Part shown: positions 10,380 through 19,632 of the stretch, in pieces | Numbering within the stretch: position 1 is the stretch's first letter | How the letters are laid out: every line of letters begins with the position of its first letter | Source: Spirochaetia bacterium | GTDB lineage: Bacteria; Spirochaetota; Spirochaetia; SZUA-6; Bin103 | Assembly (NCBI GenBank): GCA_965203905.1 | Contig: CBDBDQ010000005.1 | Coordinates: 1,536,001 to 1,600,000, forward strand | Direction of reading: 5' to 3' | Length of the DNA: 64,000 nt | Notes under the pieces: model-generated | Databases searched by the model: none | What the model saw: the letters and a program-made list of their open reading frames with translations, nothing else | What the model was told of the DNA's origin: nothing | Translations under genes and position numbers: made by a program

Positions 10380-10600
10380 AAGCCAGCTCCTACGACTACT
10401 TTGCTGACGAGGAGGCGCATTCCGCGATTGGTCATTCAGAAGTGATCCTACGGTTCTGCGACGGTTTCTGGCTGGAGCGCGGAACCTGCTGAAGAGCCGG
10501 ATCAGGCGGGCGACGAGGAACATGAGCCGCGACCATGAGGCGGTAGTCCGAATCGTCCTGTTCGGTTCGGTGGCTTCCGACCGCGTGCTTCAAGCTAGCT
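10380..10600 (+). pseudogene. Remnant of HEPN + minimal nucleotidyltransferase (MNT) pair
   Basis: YDYFADEEAHSAIGHSEVILRFC resembles a HEPN C-terminus; FWLER...VVRIVLFGSVA resembles an MNT N-terminus; both broken. Confidence 0.5.
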
Positions 10601-10659
10601 GCTGCTCGACAACCGGGAGTGCAGAAATAAAGACCATGGCCATCGGGGTCGACCACAGA

Positions 10660-11169
10660 CTATCTCGCGGCCATTTTCAGCTCAAGCTCGCTAAGCAGAC
10701 GAAAAGCTCTATTGAGGAGATCCTGGTTCCTCGTTGTACGCGGCTTACGGATTTTCAGTTCGTCAATTGCTCGGGCATCGTATTCCTCTTTCAGGAATAC
10801 GAATGCGGATGCTAGCTCCAGAACGAGGTCACTAGCTTCGGCCATCTTCTCGAGTCGGAGACGGACCTCATGCGACGCGAGACCATCAACATATCCCGGC
10901 TCTTTATCGTGGTCCCTCCGGCAGGAAACCCAATATGGGGTCCCGTGCCGAGTCTTCGATTCCTCTACAGCAATCCGCTCGTCGTAGCGTGCGTTCTCCC
11001 ACCCTGACGCCAGATCATGGGAGTACGGTCCGCCGTGGTAATAGATGAACTTCACATTAAAGTTCGCACCACAGCGATGCAGCAGATATGCTTCCCACTG
11101 CAGACGTTCGCAGTCTATCTGTCTGCCGTTTAATCTAATAAGGTTAACCACAATGTCATCGGGACTCAT
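10660..11169 (-). CDS. YwgA/SocA(DUF4065)-like protein
   Basis: LQWEAYLL...FIYYHGGPYSHDL and LELAS motifs; overlaps HD gene stop (ATGA). Confidence 0.6.
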   Translation of the reverse strand: MSPDDIVVNLIRLNGRQIDCERLQWEAYLLHRCGANFNVKFIYYHGGPYSHDLASGWENARYDERIAVEESKTRHGTPYWVSCRRDHDKEPGYVDGLASHEVRLRLEKMAEASDLVLELASAFVFLKEEYDARAIDELKIRKPRTTRNQDLLNRAFRLLSELELKMAAR

Positions 11170-12512
11170 TCCAGGCTCCTTGCAATTTCAAAAAGTTTAT
11201 CGATCTCTGTCTGGTCGTGAGCATAGACGCGACGGATGCGTTGCTCATCTCGAAACGCCTGAATCATCGCCGACACACCAACGATATCCGTTGGATCGCT
11301 CTCTGACACTTCGGTCTTCACCAGGACCTTGTTGAGCGCCGACTTACTGTCAAAGTCGTACTCCTTGTAAAGTTCTACCTTGTCATCATCGAACAATAGG
11401 TCGGGCCGTTCTCCTAATCTATGTCGAAAGCTTCCGTACACATTGCGTCCTGGTTTTTCGAAACGACCGACGTCAAGACACTTGTAAAGATCTCGGTGGC
11501 GCAGACGGCGCGCGAGGGTCGAGATTTCTAAGTTCGATGATGTCGCGAGAGCAGCCAATGTGGCCCAAATTGAGGCGTCGTCAATGTCCATATATTCGCG
11601 TACAATTGGGCCGTCTGACTTGAAGTACCGCACGACCGGATCCGAAGAGAATTCGTCAGCGAACCTGCTGTCTACGGCGACCGCCCGTAGCAAAAAAGTA
11701 AGCATTTTCTCGGCAGCCCTAGTAGTCTTATGAAGAAAGACCATCGTATAGAGCCTAAAGCGTGCCACAAGGTACTCTTCAGCGACCGGAATACCCTTAC
11801 GATTGAGGTAAAGGCACGGCGACCTGATCGGATCATCTTCGCCTCGTGTGACTTCTCCAACCTCAAGGCAGTCAAATAGCCAGTCAAGATCGAGATGTGC
11901 AGACTCGACTCCCGTCATCAGCCGGTCACGTTGCACATAATCGAGCCTATCGGCATCGAATTGGCTAGCAACGACGGTGGCGTATATGTCTTCCGGCTCA
12001 TCTTTGTCTTTCAACACTTTGCTGATACTTACGGGCAGATTAGGGTCGTATTTCTTCAGCACCTCGTTGATCTCGGTCTCGCCGGCGACGATCTCGGCAC
12101 TCCATTCTTCATGGCGTTTGGGCAGGCCTACAGCCTTAGCGACATCCTCGAATGCGTGGCTGAAGGGGCCATGACCGACATCATGCAGAAGTGCTGCCAG
12201 CAGGACTTCGCGCGCGCGGCCGTCGTTGAGTGATCCTTGCCTGCGCCGAATGACCTCGATGAGCTGGCGCGCGGTGTGGTAGACTCCGATGCTGTGAACG
12301 AATCGGCTATGGGTGGCTCCCGGAAAGACAAAATCCGAGAATCCCAACTGACGGATGCGACGTAGTCGCTGGAACTCGCGGGTGTTGAGCAAATCCCACG
12401 CGATGCGGTCAGTCTCGTCCTGAAATTTGCTTTTTCGTTCGCAGAAGACGATCAGTCCGTGTACCGGGTCACGGATGCGTCTGGGCTTCTGGGGCTCGTG
12501 GGGTTTCTTCAT
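11166..12512 (-). CDS. HD-domain phosphohydrolase, SAMHD1/YwfO-like (putative dNTP triphosphohydrolase)
   Basis: IRDPVHG, FQRLRRIRQLG, HSRFVHSIG, LLHDVGHGPFSH, DADRLDY. Confidence 0.9.
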   Translation of the reverse strand: MKKPHEPQKPRRIRDPVHGLIVFCERKSKFQDETDRIAWDLLNTREFQRLRRIRQLGFSDFVFPGATHSRFVHSIGVYHTARQLIEVIRRRQGSLNDGRAREVLLAALLHDVGHGPFSHAFEDVAKAVGLPKRHEEWSAEIVAGETEINEVLKKYDPNLPVSISKVLKDKDEPEDIYATVVASQFDADRLDYVQRDRLMTGVESAHLDLDWLFDCLEVGEVTRGEDDPIRSPCLYLNRKGIPVAEEYLVARFRLYTMVFLHKTTRAAEKMLTFLLRAVAVDSRFADEFSSDPVVRYFKSDGPIVREYMDIDDASIWATLAALATSSNLEISTLARRLRHRDLYKCLDVGRFEKPGRNVYGSFRHRLGERPDLLFDDDKVELYKEYDFDSKSALNKVLVKTEVSESDPTDIVGVSAMIQAFRDEQRIRRVYAHDQTEIDKLFEIARSLE

Positions 12513-12999
12513 TCGCTCTTCCCTGTAAAGGAGACGTCATAAGCTTCCGGGAACGAATGGCCGACTTTCGGCGCGTAAATCGTTGGGAATGGTCGTCCTG
12601 CGTATTGTAACAGTCCCTATCGCCGCTTGTCGGGAGGCATTTCACCCTTACGTACGCCGCCGCATGCTCGGGAAGAGCAAACCGATGGCCCGATTTCATC
12701 GTTCGTAAGGCGCGGGAGTACGTGGCCAGCGGCAAACTCCTGAGCCACTCGATGATCGGATACCAAGTATCGAGCCGGTCACCGCTGCCTGCGAGGGTGG
12801 CCCTGGTGCCGTCCGCCCGGTCCCCATGGGCACGCAACCTCTCGAATCGCCCGTGCGGTGGCGGAGACCATCAATCGGGGCACCCGCGAGTCGACATTAT
12901 TAAGCACGAACTCACTCTGCCCCCATTGTCCGCCCTGGGGCAAGACCGGCGTTCGATCCCGGTTGATCTCCCGGAGCGGCACAGCGCCGCCTCCACGCG

Positions 13000-13345
13000 C
13001 GAGTCGCCGATCCGGCAGCGAAAGCCGAACTGCCGCTCCACCTCGGGTTGGACGCCGGGAACACCTCGACGTGCAACTTGCCGCCGCACACGATGTCGTA
13101 GCCCGCGGACCGTAGACACTGTCTGCTCTGGTGGTTCGTCTCCAGGCCGCCGAGACGATGCGGCGGGTGACCGGTGAGCAGGCTGTAACGCGTCGGTACG
13201 CACACCGGATTCGCCACATAGGTCAGCTTGACCGGGCGAGCTCGCGCGCCAGCCGGCCCAGCGCCAGCGTCCGCACGTATCGGTCTCGGGTTATACCGGG
13301 CCAGCCGGTACTGCTGGTCGGAGGTGATCAGCAGGAGGTCGGCCC
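13000..13345 (-). pseudogene. Sulfatase N-terminal remnant
   Basis: LLLITSDQQ...ANPVCVPTRYSLLTG...AGYDIVCGGKLH with frameshifted segments; limits approximate. Confidence 0.65.
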
Positions 13346-13372
13346 GCCCGTCAGCTGGCTTCGGGGGCCGTC

Positions 13373-14077
13373 TCAGGTGCGGGCGAACAGGTAGGCGCGG
13401 TTGCGGCGGCCTACCAGCTCGATGGCGCCGATGCGGCGCAGCGTGTAGGTCATCATGCCGGCCAGCGACGCGGGCATGTTGCCGGCGGAGGCCAGGGAGC
13501 GGTTGGTGAACGGTTCTTCCAGATCGGGGGGCAGCAGCCGGGCGAAGTCGGCGGGCGTACGGAAGCGGCGCTGGTCGCAAACCTTCAGCAGTTTGGTGTC
13601 GACGACGCTGACGCCGCCGCGCCGCCAACTGCCGTGGCCGTCGGCGCAGCGCAGCTCCTCCACCTCGACCAGGAGCGCCTCGAGGGTGAAGTTGGGGTTG
13701 CCGACCAGGTGCGGAATGCGCATCAGCTCGGCGAACAGGTCGCGGTAGGCGCCTCGCTTCGGCGATGCGCGCCGACGCAGCACGCGGCCGTCCGCGTCAG
13801 CGGTCACGATCCACTTGCGCTGCGCGATGGGGAATACCAGCCGTACCCGGTGGTCGCCGACCAGGCGCGGCAGCTTGCGTGCCAGCTTCGCGAAGTTGCG
13901 AGTCTGGATCTCTATCAGGGTCCCGCAGCGCACCAGGTCGATCACGTAGCCGCCCAGCGCCACTTCGGTGCGGTCCCGCGGCAGCGCGTACCAGCGCTTG
14001 AGCGCCGCATGCAGCGACCGCTCCCGCAACTCGCCGATGGAGTGCTCGGGAGGCGCCGCCGCGACCTGATCAGCCAT
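13373..14077 (-). CDS. Conserved hypothetical protein, possible PD-(D/E)XK fold
   Basis: ERSLHAALK, YVIDL...LIEIQT; GGGAG RBS before ATG. Confidence 0.65.
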   Translation of the reverse strand: MADQVAAAPPEHSIGELRERSLHAALKRWYALPRDRTEVALGGYVIDLVRCGTLIEIQTRNFAKLARKLPRLVGDHRVRLVFPIAQRKWIVTADADGRVLRRRASPKRGAYRDLFAELMRIPHLVGNPNFTLEALLVEVEELRCADGHGSWRRGGVSVVDTKLLKVCDQRRFRTPADFARLLPPDLEEPFTNRSLASAGNMPASLAGMMTYTLRRIGAIELVGRRNRAYLFART

Positions 14078-14129
14078 GCTCCCTCACCCTTCCATTATCG
14101 GCGGCACGCGCGGCGCAACAGCACGGCAG

Positions 14130-15810
14130 CTACTCCGTAACCTCCAGGGAGGCGAGAAGACGCCCTGAACGCAAAAGGTAACCTTCGTCTTCCGGGTTGT
14201 CGTTGCCGGATTTCGACGGGTCCGGACCACCGCCTGGCGATCCCGGGATCGGGATGGAGTGGCGAATGGTGATTTTCTCCTCGCTGACCAGCACCTCCTT
14301 CACGAGCAGGCGGACGATGCGCTGGCGCTCTGGGATGTCCAGGGTTGCGGCGGATGTGCGCAGGCGCGCCAGAAAGCCTGTCAGGGTCTCGGCGATCCGC
14401 AGATAGGTCTCCCGGTCCTTGGCTTGATCGACAACGGATTGCAGTTCGCGATGCAGAGCCTGCTCCTGACGGCGCAGCTCGGGCATTCTGGCGCGCAGCT
14501 CGTCGATGGTGATCAACTCTTCCTGATAAGCGTTGACCAGACGCTCGATGCTCTTGCGGATCCTGACCAGGCGCTGCCGCAGGTCGATCTCGCGCTGCTG
14601 GTTGGGATCGGAGGCACGGGCCGCCTCCAGTCGGCGGTCGATCTCGGCGCCAATCAGTGCCGGGTCCTCAAGCAGGCGGACGACTTCGTTCCATACGATC
14701 TCATCAAGCAGATCCTGGCGCACCGGCCGGCTGTCGCACAGCGGCCCGGTGAGATGGCGCCAGGAATCGGAACCCAGGCAGCGGTAGTAGGAGATCTTGC
14801 GGGCACTCGTCCGAGCGAAGGTACGAGACAGCGCATAGCCGCATCTGCCGCACGAGACCAGTCCTTGCACCACGCTCGGCGTCTTGGTGCGTCGCGGTGA
14901 ACGGGCCTTGTTCTGCTCAAGCCGCTCTTCGGCCAGGGCGAAGGTATCTTCGCTGACGATCGCCGGGACCGGGATCTCGATCCACTCCGCGCGCGGTTTT
15001 TCGTGACCGCCGGTGGTCGCGCTGGCCACTCCGCCGCGCAGGCGCACCGGACGCGTCACACACTTACGCGGCATTTGGCGGGTCTTGCCGAAACAGGCTT
15101 TCCCCTTATACGCCGGGTTGCGCAGCATCGCCCACACCGTCGATCGTTCCCAGCGCGAGTCCCCGATGGACGTGGGCACCGCGCGCTCATTGAGTTTGCG
15201 GGTGATCGCGCCGATGCTCAGGTGCTCACCGGTGTAGTAGCGGTAGACTTCGCGAACCACCGAGGCCTGTGGCTCCACGATTTCGTAGAAGGCATCGCTG
15301 TCCGAGGTTTTCTTGTGGTAGCGGTAGCCATAGGGCGCGCCGCCCAGCACGGCGACTTCGCCGCGGCGCGCCCGGTGGCGTTTGCCACGCCGGGAACGTT
15401 CGAGAATCTGCGCGCGTTCGTACTCTGCGATCATGCCCTGGAATTGGACGAGAAGATGGTCTTCCGGGGTTTCCATCGACGGCGCGTTCAAGAACACGAT
15501 TTCCACGCCCTGGCGGGCCAGCTCCTCGATGATCAGAACCTGGTACGTATAGCGGCGGCTCAAAACGGTCCGGGGAATGGACCAGAACCGTGTCGATGCG
15601 TCCTTCCGCGGCGAGGTCCCTGACCCGCTCCAGCCCCGGGCGTTCGAGAACGGCGCCCGTGTAGCCATCATCCTCGATGACCATGTCCGGCGCGACACGG
15701 TAACCATGCTGGTCCGCATAGGCGATCAGGGCCTCGGTCTGGCTGGCGATCGTATTGCTATCTCTCTGCTGGTCGCCCGATACCCGCGCGTAGAGGGCTG
15801 CGATCTTCAT
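14130..15810 (-). CDS. Large serine recombinase, split by a +1 frameshift at about 15562-15565
   Basis: MKIAALYARVS resolvase start (ORF 15226-15810) joins LSRRY...GGAPYGY...LRNPAYKG...CGRCG...YYRC zinc ribbon and coiled coil (ORF 14130-15719). Confidence 0.9.
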
Positions 15811-15964
15811 GGTCGTCTCCTATATCCTGCGCCCGTGCCGGGATCTTGTGAACCCGATCGGGCACCAGAATCGCGTAGGCGTTCTGGAGTTTGGCGTCGA
15901 GCAGGCGATCGAAGGCAGCAACGAGGTGCACCGTGGGTTGCTGCCACCGGCGGCGTTCAGCCAA
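15758..15964 (-). CDS. Small accessory protein of the recombinase element
   Basis: 68 aa, FDRLLDAKLQNAYAILVP; overlaps both neighbours. Confidence 0.6.
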   Translation of the reverse strand: MAERRRWQQPTVHLVAAFDRLLDAKLQNAYAILVPDRVHKIPARAQDIGDDHEDRSPLRAGIGRPAER

Positions 15965-16286
15965 AGCGATCCGCCTCCGAGAAAAACCGTCTCAGAGCCC
16001 GCGCAACGATCTCCCCGATTGAGAGGCCACTGTTCCTGGCATGCGCACGCAAGGTCTGCGCTACCGTGTCTGGAATCTTGATGGTGATGGGAATCAGGGC
16101 TTCGGTCGGCGCGGCCGGCTGGCCCATGGCGCGCGCGTCCTGGACGTAGCGATAGGACTGCCGCGGCGACAGCCCGAAACGCTGCGACAGCCGCAGCACG
16201 ACATCGCTCGCCGTCATGCCCTGGGCAAGCAGCGTATAGGCGGCGTTGAGGCGCTCGACCTTCTGGGCGCGTGTCGACCGGGCCAC
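15957..16286 (-). CDS. Small putative DNA-binding protein (HTH plus RHH-like) of the element
   Basis: LSQRFGLSPRQSYRYV (HTH-like); ITIKIPDTVAQTLRAHA...SIGEIVARALRRF (RHH-like). Confidence 0.7.
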   Translation of the reverse strand: MARSTRAQKVERLNAAYTLLAQGMTASDVVLRLSQRFGLSPRQSYRYVQDARAMGQPAAPTEALIPITIKIPDTVAQTLRAHARNSGLSIGEIVARALRRFFSEADRFG

Positions 16287-16545
16287 TTGCCATAAGCATA
16301 TTACCTCTTGCGTCTCAAATCAATCATGGGACGCTCTCGCCATGCCACGATCTGACGTTCAAAGCGGAAGTTACCTTTTGTGTTTAGGGTGTCATAACGC
16401 TTCCGTGCGGCGCCGAGTGGCGCATGAACCAGCCGTGCGTCTTCGAGCACTATGCGCAAGCTGCTGGTATCGAGTTCGCGGGCATAGCCTTCGGACAACT
16501 ACCGGCTGCAAGGCCGGCATTGGTAGCGTGTTAGTTGAAGCTCGC

Positions 16546-17604
16546 TCACCGGTACAGTCCCCGCCGTTCAAGGTCCCGGTAGTCGTAGCACCCATTCGCC
16601 GCTACCGCGAGCTCGACAGCATATCGCGAAACCAATGCCAGCCGCGCTTGCGCTCTCAACTCCGCGGATAGCCCGTTATGCTCGGTGATCCAAGAGTAAC
16701 ACGTTCTGCCGAGGCGAAAGTCCTCTCCGGTGGCGAATTTTCTTCGTTGGTAGAGGGTCTTGATCGCCCTTTCCAGAGCCTCGTCGTTGTTCAGGACCAT
16801 GTGCCGTATCTCGGTCACCGTCCACTTGCGATTGCCGGGTTCGCCACGGTCGGGCGGTGACGGCTCACGGCCTGATAAGGCGGACGTTCTCGCCCGAGGG
16901 TTCGGCGCGGCGCCGCTGCCGACCTGCTTGGAGCGTGGCTCCGCCGATGGCTTCGCGCTTGCTTCGGCCTGAAGCCGCTGCAGTTTGTGTTCAATCTCGA
17001 TGCGCTGGCGCTCCGCCTCGATGGCTCGGCGTTCCCATAGGGCCCGTTGCCGAGTTTCCCACGCGGCACGTTCCTCGGCGGATTTTCTTTTGCGGCTTTC
17101 GTCGAGAACACGCTGCGTTACACGCGCCATATCCTTGGGGAGAGCCGCCGGATCAGGTGGCACGACGAAGGGCTCCGGCAGAAAATCCGGATCCTCGCCG
17201 AAGGTGCGATGGAACCAGATACCGAGCTCCCGGGCGTCTTCAAGAGCCCTGCGACTCTGGAGGATGTCCTCTCTGCCGTCGTGGGAATGGCTCGCAGTGT
17301 TGCCTGCCTTGCGCAGTGACTGGAAGATCATCGCCTCACGCGGCGGCAGCACGCGGTTTTCGAACAGACGATTCAGAAGACGAGCGAACGATTCGTCCAA
17401 CTCAAAGCATCCGGTTCGTGCGGCAGTGAGTTGGGCCAGCAGCTCGGCAAACTGACGTAGTTTGAGCAGGCAGGTGTTGGCGGAGCTTCTTACGTAGCGT
17501 TCGGCTTCCTCTCCGTAGCGTACGAGCTGCTCGTCGTGAACCTCCAGGAATCCAAAATTCGACGACGGCCCGACGGGGGTGCGCGTTTCAAGGCTGTCAG
17601 TCAT
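16546..17604 (-). CDS. DUF4145/HsdR-N-terminal-like domain + coiled coil + unknown C-terminal domain
   Basis: SNFGFL...AERY...CLLKLRQFAELL...LRKAGNTASH resembles the N-terminus of EcoKI-type HsdR; no helicase follows. Confidence 0.7.
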   Translation of the reverse strand: MTDSLETRTPVGPSSNFGFLEVHDEQLVRYGEEAERYVRSSANTCLLKLRQFAELLAQLTAARTGCFELDESFARLLNRLFENRVLPPREAMIFQSLRKAGNTASHSHDGREDILQSRRALEDARELGIWFHRTFGEDPDFLPEPFVVPPDPAALPKDMARVTQRVLDESRKRKSAEERAAWETRQRALWERRAIEAERQRIEIEHKLQRLQAEASAKPSAEPRSKQVGSGAAPNPRARTSALSGREPSPPDRGEPGNRKWTVTEIRHMVLNNDEALERAIKTLYQRRKFATGEDFRLGRTCYSWITEHNGLSAELRAQARLALVSRYAVELAVAANGCYDYRDLERRGLYR

Positions 17605-17644
17605 GGCAGGTCGTGGGCACCGACTGCGGGACGCATTTCGGCGC

Positions 17645-19288
17645 TCAGGAGACCTCGTGGATTTCGCGGGCGATGGGGAAGCGGCGGCCGGTGCCGAAGG
17701 CGCGGGGGGAGACCTTGAGGATGGTGGGGGCCTGGCGGCGCTTGTACTCGGCGCGGCCCACGCGGCGCAGCACGTCGGCGACGGTGGCGTCGTCGAAGTC
17801 GCGGGCGACGATCTCGGCGCGGGTGAGGTTGTCGATCACGTAGAGCTGCAGGATCTTGTCGAGCACCTCGTAGTCGGGCAGGGAGTCCTGGTCGGTCTGG
17901 CCGGGGCGCAGCTCGGCCGAGGGCGGCTTGGTGAGCGTCGCCTCGGGGATAATCTCGCGGTCCCGGTTGATGGCGCGGGAGAGGGCGTACACCTCGGTCT
18001 TGAGCAGGTCGCCGATCGGCGCCAGCCCGCCGCACAGGTCGCCGTAGAGGGTGGAGTAGCCGGTGGCCAGCTCCGACTTGTTGCCGGTGGCCAGCAGGAT
18101 GGAGCCGGTCTTGTTGGAGAACGCCATCATCAGCATGCCGCGGATGCGCGCCTGCAGGTTTTCTTCGGTAATGTCGGGCTCCGCTCCCGCGAACACCGGT
18201 GCCAGTGCGCGCTCGTAGCCGGCGTAGAGCTCCTCGATGGCGATGGTGTGCAGCGGCACGCCGAGCCGCCCGCACAGCAGCGCCGCGTCGGTCTTGCTGC
18301 CGTCGGAGGAGTACATCGAGGGCAGTGAAAACGCCGTGACCCGGTCGGGACCGAGGGCACGCGCCGCCAGCGCGGCTACCAGCGCCGAGTCGATGCCGCC
18401 CGAGACGGACACGTGCACGCGTTCGTGATGCGTCTTGCGCAGGTAGTCGGCGATGCCCATACCCAGGGCGCACTCCAGCTCGGCCCAGCCGTCGGCGTTG
18501 GCGGCCACCGGAGCGCCCGGTGCCGCGCTGTCCCACAGCGCCAGCTCCTCCCGGAAGCCGGCGCACTGCAGCAGCAGCTCGCCGCCCGCGCCGGTGACGA
18601 ACGACTGGCCGTCGAACAGCAGGCCGTCGTTGCCGCCCACCATGTTGACGTACACCACCGGTACGCCGGAGGCGGCGCCGATGCCCTGCAGCAGCCGCCC
18701 GCGCAGCTCCGGCTTGCCGCGGTGGTAGGGGGAGGCGGAGGGCGCCAGCAGCAGCGTGGCGCCGGCGTCGAGGCAGTCGCGCACCGGGTCCACCGCGTAG
18801 CGCCCGCCGGGGTCGGGGTCGGTCTCCCACCAGATGTCCTCGCAGATGGTGAGACCGATGCGTTCGCCGCCGAACTCCACCGTGCGCCGCTGCGCCGCCG
18901 GCTCGAAGTAGCGCGCCTCGTCGAACACGTCGTAGGTGGGCAGCAGGGTCTTGGCCTGGGTGTGCAGGAGGCGCCCGTCGGCGAGCAGGCTGGCGGCGTT
19001 GACCAGGCGCTTGCCGGTGCCGCTGCGGTTGCGGTCGACGTAGCCGATCACGGCCCCCAGGCCCGCCGGCATGGCGCGCTGGATGCGGCGCAGCGCCTTG
19101 AGGTTCTCCTCCACGAAGGAGGCGTGGTCGAGCAGGTCCATCGGCGGGTAGCCGCACAGGCACAGCTCCGGGAACACCACCAGCTCGGCCTTGCGCGTGC
19201 GCGCCTGCGCCAGCCGCGCGAGGATCAGCTCACTGTTGCCGGCGAAGTCGCCGACGGTGGTGTTGACCTGGGCGAGGGCGATGCGCAT
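17645..19288 (-). CDS. nadE: Glutamine-dependent NAD+ synthetase
   Basis: Nitrilase domain (FPEL, TICEDIW) + SGGIDS, ENLQARIRG, TGNKSE, KPPSAELRPGQ. Confidence 0.95.
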   Translation of the reverse strand: MRIALAQVNTTVGDFAGNSELILARLAQARTRKAELVVFPELCLCGYPPMDLLDHASFVEENLKALRRIQRAMPAGLGAVIGYVDRNRSGTGKRLVNAASLLADGRLLHTQAKTLLPTYDVFDEARYFEPAAQRRTVEFGGERIGLTICEDIWWETDPDPGGRYAVDPVRDCLDAGATLLLAPSASPYHRGKPELRGRLLQGIGAASGVPVVYVNMVGGNDGLLFDGQSFVTGAGGELLLQCAGFREELALWDSAAPGAPVAANADGWAELECALGMGIADYLRKTHHERVHVSVSGGIDSALVAALAARALGPDRVTAFSLPSMYSSDGSKTDAALLCGRLGVPLHTIAIEELYAGYERALAPVFAGAEPDITEENLQARIRGMLMMAFSNKTGSILLATGNKSELATGYSTLYGDLCGGLAPIGDLLKTEVYALSRAINRDREIIPEATLTKPPSAELRPGQTDQDSLPDYEVLDKILQLYVIDNLTRAEIVARDFDDATVADVLRRVGRAEYKRRQAPTILKVSPRAFGTGRRFPIAREIHEVS

Positions 19289-19289
19289 T

Positions 19290-19363
19290 TGCCCCAGAGA
19301 CGACTCGAACGTCCGACCTGCGGTTTAGGAAACCGATGCTCTATCCAACTGAGCTACTGGGGC
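19290..19363 (-). tRNA. tRNA-Arg(CCT), CCA not encoded
   Basis: GCCCCAG/CTGGGGC acceptor stem, TAGCTCAGTTGGATAGAGC D-arm, loop TT-CCT-AA, GTTCGAGTC T-loop. Confidence 0.95.
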
Positions 19364-19632
19364 GTATGAGGCGGCGGCCATCCGCCTTCATGCATAGCAG
19401 GATTCCCGGCGGGTACTCAAGCGCGTTGTCACGGGTCCCAACGAGCCACACCAACGAGCACACGATGAACGGTCCGCCACCCTCGCCGCGCCAACCGTCT
19501 TCCTCGTCGTTGCTCTCGCCCACACGGTACACCTATACTCCTGGCTCAGAGTCCCATCGCCGACCCTAAGGATCCGAGGTTGTCGCTCACAGAAGCCGCT
19601 CAGAGGATCGACGACGTTTTGGGAGAGGATAG

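Larger units (their letters stand above)
14159..16393 (-). mobile_element. Minimal large serine recombinase element (about 2.2 kb, three genes)
   Basis: 24-bp imperfect inverted ends 14159-14182 and 16370-16393 (21/24 identical) enclosing two small ORFs and the recombinase. Confidence 0.8.

Noticed and set aside
8390-17640. Integron cassette array
   Set aside because: No IntI tyrosine recombinase and no repeated attC-like palindromes seen; genes lie in both orientations
19290-19363. tRNA-Arg as island integration site
   Set aside because: No duplicated tRNA 3' end found and nadE follows immediately
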